In this document: positions 56,221 through 64,000 of the stretch, piece after piece
Numbering within the stretch: the first letter of the stretch is position 1
How the letters are laid out: each line of letters starts with the position of its first letter
Assembly: GCA_963666055.2 (NCBI GenBank)
Contig: CAXWPH010000010.1
Span: forward strand, 64,001 to 128,000
Length of the DNA stretch: 64,000 nucleotides
From: Acidobacteriota bacterium
GTDB lineage: Bacteria; Acidobacteriota; UBA890; WLXD01
Reading direction: 5' to 3'
Position numbers and translations under genes: made by a program
Notes under the pieces: model-generated
Told to the model about the DNA's origin: nothing
Databases searched by the model: none
The model's input: only the letters and a program-made list of their open reading frames with translations

Positions 56221-58910
56221 GCCGCGCCGGGAAATGCTCCCCTGCCCCGCCGCGGGCAGCCGAGCGCCTGCTCGAAGCAGCGCTCCCCCGAGGACAGGTC
56301 GGGAGCAGCATCATTGGCGACCTACATCAGGAATATCAGGAGCGCGGTGCACAGAGCGGGCGCCTGCGGCTCATAGCCTGGTACTGGCTGCAGGCGCTGG
56401 CGCTGGCATGGCACTACTCCAGGCGCGTCTCACCGCATGGAATCCCCCTCAACGACAAGGGACACGAGCCGATGACATCGCTGATCTCAGACCTGCGCTA
56501 CGGCGTCCGCATGCTCGTAAAGACGCCGCTCGTGTCGGTGATCGCGACCCTGACGATCGCCATGGGAATAGCTCTTACGGTGCACACCTTCAGCATCGTC
56601 TATGGCAGCGTCATGCGCGGCCTGCCGCTCCCGGATGACGATCGCTTGATGCAGATCCTGCAGAACGACACCGAGGCGGGCTTCCAGGGGATGTCGCTGG
56701 GAATTCACGACTACCTCGATTTCCGTGATCAGAGCGACTCGTTCGAGGAGCTCGGAACGTATTACTGGGGGACGGTGAATCTGGCCGGCGACGATCAGCC
56801 GCCGGAGCGCTACGAGGGGGCTTTCGTCTCGGCGAATGCCCTGTCGTTGCTGGGGGTTCCTGCATTGCTGGGCCGTACGTTCGTCGCCGGCGAGGACTCC
56901 TCCGACGCCGAACCCTCGATCGTGATCGGCTACGCGGTTTGGCGCAATCGCTTCGGCGGCGACCCCAACATCGTCGGACGAACGCTGCGAATCAACGGCG
57001 AGACCGGCACGGTACTCGGCGTCATGCCGGAGGGCTTCCGCTTCCCCTTCAATCACGAGGTCTGGATACCGCACCGGGCCGAAGTAGACGGGGCAGCGGA
57101 CCGCGGTGGCGGACGCTTCGAGACCTTCGGCCGCCTGCGTACCGACGTCAGCGTCGAGGCGGCCACCGCGGAGATCAGTGCAATCACCGAGCGGATCAGG
57201 TCGGAGTTCCCGGAGGAGATGGCCGGTATCGAATCGTACATTTCCCTGTTCGAGCATCGCTATATGCCGCCGCAGATCACCGCTGCGGTGTGGGTGCAGC
57301 TGGTCGCAGTGTTCGGCGTGCTAATGATCGCCTGCGCCAACGTCGCCAACCTGCTGCTGGCGCGCGCCTCGGTGCGTGGACGGGAGGTGGCAATCCGCTC
57401 CGCCCTCGGCGCCAGCCGCGCCCGCGTGATCCGCCAACTGCTGATCGAGGCCTTGGTTCTGGGTATCGTCGGCGGCACCATCGGACTGATCGCCGCCAAG
57501 ATCGGCGTCGACCGATTCAGCGCCGCGCTAGTGGATATCCAGAAGCCCTACTGGATCGACATACGAGTCGACGCGCCCGTCGTCTTCTTCTCCATCGCCG
57601 TGACCCTCCTGGCGGTGGCCCTCGCCGGCACCCTTCCGGCGTTGCGCGCTTCGGGATGCGGGGTCAGCACGATCCTTCAGGACGAGAGCCGCGGCACCAG
57701 CCTGCGGATGGGCCGTCTGAGCGGCGTTCTGGTGATCGGTGAGATCGCTATTTCGGTGGCGCTGCTGATCACCGCCGGCTTGATGATCAAGAGCATCATC
57801 AACGTGAACCGAGTCGATCTGGGCTTTCGGACCGACAACATCCTGACGGCACGGGTGGGGCTGTTCGAGGTCGACTATCCGGCTCGGACCGACCGGGAGA
57901 GTTTCTTCATCAGCTTGCTCGACCGCTTGCGCTCGCAGCCAGGCATCGACAAAGCGGCGCTGACGAGCCATGTTCCGGGTAGAGGGTCGATGCGTCTGCT
58001 CACCAGCATCGAAGGCGAAGACTATGCGTCGACCAGCGACTACCCGGTGGTGGCAGCGACGATCGTCAGCTCAGGCTTCTTTGACGCCTACGACGTGCCG
58101 ATTCTTCAGGGCCGTGACTTTCGACCGGAGGAGGCACGATCCGATTCGGACGCGGTGGTCATCGTCAACGAGTCGTTCGTACGCCGATTCCTCCCCGATG
58201 ACAACCCACTCGGGCAACTCGTCAAGGCCGGCCGAGTCGATTCCGATGACCCCTGGATGCGGGTAGTCGGGGTGGCCGCCGACATGCACATCGGCGGCGG
58301 CGTGGGCGGGCTCGGAAGCGATCGCAATAACCCCGAGCAGTACTACGTGCCCTTCGGTGCCTTCGACACGCGCTTCTCCAGTATCGTGCTACGAACGCCC
58401 GGCACCCCGCAGGAAGCGACCTCGGTGATGCGCAGCACGGTCACCGACCTCGATTCCAACATGCCGATCTACGAGGTCGCCACGATGGAGCGAGCAATGG
58501 AGCAGGCGACCTGGGCGTTCAGGGTCTTCGGGCAGCTCTTCGCCACCCTGGGGGTGGCAGCGCTGTTCCTTGCCTCCGTCGGCCTGTACGGCGTGATGTC
58601 GTTCTCGGTGTCGCTGCGCCGGACGGAGCTCGGTATCCGCATGGCGCTGGGAGCACAGGCGAGAGACCTACTCGGCACGGTCATGCGGAAGGGCGCCTGG
58701 CAGCTCGCGATCGGCATCGTGCTGGGCTTGGGGATTGGCGTCATCCTGAGTCGGCCGCTAAGTGCGATCACGTTTGGTGTAGAGACCACCGACCTCTCTG
58801 TATACGCGGCCATCGTGGCGACGATCACGGTTACCGGGTTGCTGGCAACGCTATTGCCGGCGCGCAAAGCGACACAGGTAGACCCGAACGATGCCCTGCG
58901 AATCGAGTGA
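56217..58910 (+). CDS. ADOP-type duplicated MacB/FtsX ABC permease
   Basis: IIGDLHQEY prefix, DLRYGVRML, IACANVANLLLAR, REVAIRSALGA, GLYGVMSFSV...ELGIRMALGA; ATGA overlap with PadR. Confidence 0.92.
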   Translation: MSRAGKCSPAPPRAAERLLEAALPRGQVGSSIIGDLHQEYQERGAQSGRLRLIAWYWLQALALAWHYSRRVSPHGIPLNDKGHEPMTSLISDLRYGVRMLVKTPLVSVIATLTIAMGIALTVHTFSIVYGSVMRGLPLPDDDRLMQILQNDTEAGFQGMSLGIHDYLDFRDQSDSFEELGTYYWGTVNLAGDDQPPERYEGAFVSANALSLLGVPALLGRTFVAGEDSSDAEPSIVIGYAVWRNRFGGDPNIVGRTLRINGETGTVLGVMPEGFRFPFNHEVWIPHRAEVDGAADRGGGRFETFGRLRTDVSVEAATAEISAITERIRSEFPEEMAGIESYISLFEHRYMPPQITAAVWVQLVAVFGVLMIACANVANLLLARASVRGREVAIRSALGASRARVIRQLLIEALVLGIVGGTIGLIAAKIGVDRFSAALVDIQKPYWIDIRVDAPVVFFSIAVTLLAVALAGTLPALRASGCGVSTILQDESRGTSLRMGRLSGVLVIGEIAISVALLITAGLMIKSIINVNRVDLGFRTDNILTARVGLFEVDYPARTDRESFFISLLDRLRSQPGIDKAALTSHVPGRGSMRLLTSIEGEDYASTSDYPVVAATIVSSGFFDAYDVPILQGRDFRPEEARSDSDAVVIVNESFVRRFLPDDNPLGQLVKAGRVDSDDPWMRVVGVAADMHIGGGVGGLGSDRNNPEQYYVPFGAFDTRFSSIVLRTPGTPQEATSVMRSTVTDLDSNMPIYEVATMERAMEQATWAFRVFGQLFATLGVAALFLASVGLYGVMSFSVSLRRTELGIRMALGAQARDLLGTVMRKGAWQLAIGIVLGLGIGVILSRPLSAITFGVETTDLSVYAAIVATITVTGLLATLLPARKATQVDPNDALRIE

Positions 58911-58934
58911 CGTGAGAGTGTGGCGTGCCTGCTA

Positions 58935-60038
<1,104 letters not shown>

Positions 60039-60081
60039 GCGCGTTTCCTGTTCGCGTCGCCTGAGCTGCGCGACGGCGTGT

Positions 60082-60114
60082 CTAGCAGGCCGTGGTGGAA
60101 GTGTGGCCTGCTAG
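60082..60114. repeat. 25-bp collapsed MITE footprint with both ends and CTAG duplication
   Basis: CTAG-CAGGCCGTGGTGGAAGTGTGGCCTG-CTAG. Confidence 0.8.
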
Positions 60115-60238
60115 CATCAGACGGAAGCATATTCGAGATGGTGGCGAATGGCCTCTATGACGATAGCGGGATGCTCGCGGCCTCCCGTGACCAGCGTGAT
60201 CTCGAGCTTCGCCCGGCAGCGCGCACGAGCGACCGTGG

Positions 60239-60724
60239 CTATGCATCGTCATTTGGCCCCAGCTTCTCGGCGCGCTCGCCGATCAACTCGACGACCCGGG
60301 CCACTCGCTTCGTCCGCATCGTGACGCTTTGGGCATCACCTACGAAGCGCAGCATCTCGCGACGGAGTCCCGGCGGCAGCAGCTCCAGCGCCTCGACGCC
60401 CCTCTCTAGACGCTCCACCGCTTCGACGATGTCATCCGGCAAAACGTCGATCGGAGCATCATCAACCACCAACTCGACGCGCACCATATCTCCCGCGTCC
60501 ACCCCGGCAGCGCGACGCAACTCGTCGTGCAGGAACAGTCGAAAGCCGCCGCCACTGCGACGCATCAGCGTAGTAGCGCGCTCCCGCCCGCCGACGGTCG
60601 CAACCACCGGCGGATACTGCCAATCGTCGAGCGCAGCAGCCAGCTGCTGCGGAACGTCGACACAGCGCAGGATCCCCTGCCGGTAGACGCGCGCCTCGAA
60701 CGCCCAGGTAGCAGCACCGGGCAT
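60239..60724 (-). CDS. DUF1905 + YdeI/OmpD-associated family protein
   Basis: PVVATVGG...LRRAAGVDAGDMVRVEL...LPDDI...REMLRFVGDAQS..R.KRV. Confidence 0.75.
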   Translation of the reverse strand: MPGAATWAFEARVYRQGILRCVDVPQQLAAALDDWQYPPVVATVGGRERATTLMRRSGGGFRLFLHDELRRAAGVDAGDMVRVELVVDDAPIDVLPDDIVEAVERLERGVEALELLPPGLRREMLRFVGDAQSVTMRTKRVARVVELIGERAEKLGPNDDA

Positions 60725-60727
60725 CGG

Positions 60728-61900
60728 TCAGTGGCTGCCCTCGTGGGCGTGATCAAAGCGTTCGTGATGCTGTCGCAGAAGGTCCTTCCCGTAGTCGTTG
60801 CCGTTCGGGGTGCGCACCACGGCGTGCACATGGTTACGCGACGGGGCGTCGCCTTGCAGCGCTATCGGTCGCTGGTGATCAAACTCGATCAAGATCACGG
60901 GGCTGTGTACTCGGTAATAGAACACCGCGTCATCGTCGGTCGCACCCACCCAGCCGAACCAGGTGTCATCGAGGTGCTGGCGCGCCTCCACCATGCGGAT
61001 CGCGGCGTGCTCGTCTCGCATATCGCCCACGTACTCGGCGATCAGCGCGATCAACAGACCTCGTTGATGTTCGTCGAGGGCGCTGGCGCGGAGCCCCTCG
61101 TAGCGCATCTCGAAGTTGTCGCGAAACGCGGCCGTGAACACGTTGCGCGGCAACTCGTCGGCGATCTTCGCCACCGCCTGTTGTTCCGCGTTGAGCGATT
61201 GGATGAGTGCCAAGCCGCGCGCTTCTTCATCTTCGAACACCCGCGTGCCAGCGTACTTGCCGCCCGCAGCGTACGTCGGCTCGGAGCCCAGGAACGTAGG
61301 GGTCATGACCACCTGGTCGCCAAGCACGAAGTAGTTGATCACCAGATGATGTCCGTCGAGCTGCCAGCCCCACGGCTCCGCCTCAGACGGCTCCCCCATC
61401 ACGGTGAAGAAGTACAGTCCTTCGCCGTACTCCTCGAAATTGTTCACCAGCTCAGCGATCGTGGTGTTGAGGCGCATGATGTCGCGCGCCTTCCGCAGCC
61501 CCTTCGCCGAAAGGCTGGCACCCAGAAGCTCGTAGGCGGCGGTGCGTTGGGCCGCCGACATATCGCCGAAGCTCACACCGCGGCGGTCGTAGCGATGCAC
61601 GTTGTTCCAGCGCCTCCACTCGATGTCGTCGACGCCAAACGTCGTTGCACTCCGTTGCTCGGCGTCGAGCGCATCCAGGAATGTCGACGCGGCAGTCACC
61701 ACCGATGCGGTGGAAACACCAGTGGCGCGCAACGGAAAGAGATCAGCAACGACTTCACCATCCGCCGTGATACCGCGGAACGCCTCTGCCAGCGCGGTTG
61801 CCTCACCGCCCCCCTGGACCGCGGGCGAGCCGGCCAGCCCATACGCGCCCAACGATGCAGCGATTCCGACGACTGCGAACAACCCCAACAGGCTTCTCAT
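60728..61900 (-). CDS. DUF3500 domain protein, secreted
   Basis: WGWQLDGHHL, TPTFLGSEP, YYRVHSPVILIEFD, HVHAVVRTPNGNDYG. Confidence 0.88.
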   Translation of the reverse strand: MRSLLGLFAVVGIAASLGAYGLAGSPAVQGGGEATALAEAFRGITADGEVVADLFPLRATGVSTASVVTAASTFLDALDAEQRSATTFGVDDIEWRRWNNVHRYDRRGVSFGDMSAAQRTAAYELLGASLSAKGLRKARDIMRLNTTIAELVNNFEEYGEGLYFFTVMGEPSEAEPWGWQLDGHHLVINYFVLGDQVVMTPTFLGSEPTYAAGGKYAGTRVFEDEEARGLALIQSLNAEQQAVAKIADELPRNVFTAAFRDNFEMRYEGLRASALDEHQRGLLIALIAEYVGDMRDEHAAIRMVEARQHLDDTWFGWVGATDDDAVFYYRVHSPVILIEFDHQRPIALQGDAPSRNHVHAVVRTPNGNDYGKDLLRQHHERFDHAHEGSH

Positions 61901-61947
61901 ACTTCGCTCCTTCTCAGACCGTCACCATCGGAACCGCCGTACGCCGC

Positions 61948-63081
61948 TCAGCAGTCTAGCAAGCCGCTGCCACGAAGCTCGTGCAGCGTGTCGGCCAGGT
62001 GCCGCAGGTCGTCTTCATCGTTGTACAGGTGAACCGACACGCGGATGCCGTCGCCACGCGCCGATACCAGCACGTCGTGTTCGCGGAGCGCATCCCGGAG
62101 GCCGGCCGCGTCAGCACACCGCGCCAGCACGATTCCCGAAGCTGCACCTGGCCGCGCCGAGGTGGAGACCGGCAACCCGGCATCGACGAGCACTTTGCGT
62201 AGCAGGCCGCTCAGCTGCAGCACCCGCGACTCGATGGCGGCGGCGCCGAGCTCGTGCTGGAGCCCCAGCGCAGCGCCGAGAGTGAAGACGTTCGGGAACG
62301 GCGGATGCCCGGCTTCCATCGCACGGGCGTCGGGCGTGAGGTCCAGCTCGTCCGACACCAGCGCGTAGGGGTCGCGCGCGCTGCGCCAGCCCACCACCGG
62401 GTGGTTGCCGGCGTGGCGCTCGTTGACGTAGAAAAACCCGATACCGTAACCGGAGTTAAGCCACTTGTAGCCGGTGCAGGCGAGGAAATCGACGGCACCG
62501 CCGGATACATCGATCGCCAGAGCTCCGAGGCTCTGCGTGGCATCGACCACGAGCACTATCTGGTGTTCTCGACAAAGCTCACCAAGGGCGTCGAGGTCGT
62601 GTCGAAAGCCGGTTCGGTAGTGCACGAGACCGAGGGTGAGGATTCGAGTGTGCGGTTGGAGCGCCGCCGCGATGGCTTCGACCGTCACGCCGCCGTCGTC
62701 GTCCGTGTCCAGGAAGTCCACCTCGTAACCCAGCTGCAGCCACGGCCAGGTAACGGAGGGGAAATCGCCGCGGAGGGCAACTACAGACCCCGTTCCCAGT
62801 AGTTTCCGAGCCGCGAAATTGAGCGCCGAGGACGCGTTGTTGGTGAATGCGATCTCATGGCTGTGTGCGTTGATCAGGCGCGCCACGGAGCCGCGCACGT
62901 CCTCGACGCGGTCGAGCCAGGCGTCCCAGTGCACGTCGCCATCCCGGGCCGTGGCCTCATAGTAAGAGCACCCCGCCGCCGCCGCCGCCGCGGTGGATAT
63001 GGGCCCCCCGGCCGCGGTGTTCAGGTAGCAGCAAGTAGCTGCCGCCGGAAACGAAGCACGCACCTCAGGCCAGTCGGTCAC
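61948..63081 (-). CDS. Class V PLP-dependent aminotransferase (cysteine desulfurase/kynureninase-like)
   Basis: YLNTAAGG, VDATQSLG, TGYKWL, IRVSVHLYN. Confidence 0.88.
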   Translation of the reverse strand: MTDWPEVRASFPAAATCCYLNTAAGGPISTAAAAAAGCSYYEATARDGDVHWDAWLDRVEDVRGSVARLINAHSHEIAFTNNASSALNFAARKLLGTGSVVALRGDFPSVTWPWLQLGYEVDFLDTDDDGGVTVEAIAAALQPHTRILTLGLVHYRTGFRHDLDALGELCREHQIVLVVDATQSLGALAIDVSGGAVDFLACTGYKWLNSGYGIGFFYVNERHAGNHPVVGWRSARDPYALVSDELDLTPDARAMEAGHPPFPNVFTLGAALGLQHELGAAAIESRVLQLSGLLRKVLVDAGLPVSTSARPGAASGIVLARCADAAGLRDALREHDVLVSARGDGIRVSVHLYNDEDDLRHLADTLHELRGSGLLDC

Positions 63082-63231
63082 TCGTCCCCCACCCTACGAC
63101 TGACGCTGGCGCGCCGCCGAGCATCGATCTCCAGCCTAAACACCTCCGGGCACGAGCAGGGGCCATCGGTGTCGAGGCGCATGCGACCTTCGTCGATCCG
63201 GGCCGGGTGGTGAATCGCCGCTCCGATCCGA

Positions 63232-64000
63232 TCATCCCACGACAGTCCGATAGATCTGCTCGTCGGTAGCACCCTCGGTGGAGATCAACAGCACGTTGGC
63301 AGCAGCGTCGAGCCGCAGCCGCTCACGAATCAAGGCATTCTCGGAGTCGACGCATACAGCCTCGACGAGCCCGGTGGTCACCGCGCCGGACTCACCAGAC
63401 ACCACCATCGCATCGCCGGCAACCGGACGGGCCAACCGGCGCATACCCGACCTGGCAACTTCATCGCCACAGGTTACCCAGCCGTCGACGTGTCGACGCA
63501 AGATCGTCCAGGCCGAGGTGCTCAATTGTCCGCACGACAGACCCGCCATGAACGTGTCCGGAGCGTCAGCGAGTCGCGGGGGCAACAGCTCGTCGCTCTC
63601 CATCGCCTCCATCCCGCACCCGGCCCCCTCGGGCTCGACCAGGAAGACCGCCGGCCTTTCGGCGCCGAAGCGCTCCACCAGATACGCGGTGATGGATGCG
63701 GCGAACGAGCCCACGCCGCATTGCAGGAAGACATGTGTCGGCCGCTCTTCCCCGAGTTGGTCCATAGCCTCGTGAATCAGCGTGAGATATCCCTGCATTA
63801 CCCAGCGCGGGATTTGCTCGTACCCCGGCCACGCCATGTCTTGTAGCAACACCCAGCCATTGGCTTCGGCGTCGGCGCGAGCCTGCTCGACGGCCTCGTC
63901 GTACGTCCCCTCCACACGGCTCGCTCGCGCTCCGAGCTTGACGATCGCCTCGAGGCGCGCGTCGCTGGCCTGGCGGGGCAGGTACACGACGGCGGCATGG
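63232..64000 (-). CDS. dpaL: Diaminopropionate ammonia-lyase (5' end outside window)
   Basis: QDMAWPGYEQIPRWVMQGY, THVFLQCGVGSFA, TFMAGLSCG, SGESGA, ISTEGATD. Confidence 0.88.
   Translation of the reverse strand, partial: HAAVVYLPRQASDARLEAIVKLGARASRVEGTYDEAVEQARADAEANGWVLLQDMAWPGYEQIPRWVMQGYLTLIHEAMDQLGEERPTHVFLQCGVGSFAASITAYLVERFGAERPAVFLVEPEGAGCGMEAMESDELLPPRLADAPDTFMAGLSCGQLSTSAWTILRRHVDGWVTCGDEVARSGMRRLARPVAGDAMVVSGESGAVTTGLVEAVCVDSENALIRERLRLDAAANVLLISTEGATDEQIYRTVVG

Noticed and set aside
62972-62992. (GCC)n run encoding poly-Ala
   Set aside because: Short, in frame and expected in GC-rich DNA.
63078-63272. 64-aa ORF between dpaL and the aminotransferase
   Set aside because: Overlaps dpaL, has no recognisable motif, and cannot be supported as a gene from sequence alone.

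Overview
High-GC bacterial chromosomal window. The PadR + ADOP-type permease pair and the ankyrin/NHL proteins suggest Acidobacteriota or Gemmatimonadota (inference). It carries ~60 housekeeping and metabolic genes: hipBA, acnA, ggt, an osmoprotectant ABC transporter, hisN, c-di-GMP enzymes, bolA-grxD, a coxSLM/G-like molybdoenzyme cluster with nucleobase permeases, neuC, ybdK and dpaL. No rRNA, tRNA or CRISPR array was seen. The main non-routine signals are: (1) a 1.85-kb tyrosine-integrase island inserted into the first codons of a SRAP/YedK DNA-repair gene, with an 18-bp att repeat that encodes the catalytic Cys; (2) an ECF sigma/anti-sigma locus followed by a sigma-54 promoter, a secreted 8-Cys peptide, a frameshifted CPFC oxidoreductase and two stand-alone zinc anti-sigma microproteins; (3) a 271-bp MITE family with 30-bp terminal inverted repeats (TIRs) that targets CTAG, often at TAG stop codons, plus 11-25-bp YTAR-flanked micro-footprints; (4) many deletion-junction pseudogenes, suggesting ongoing genome erosion.
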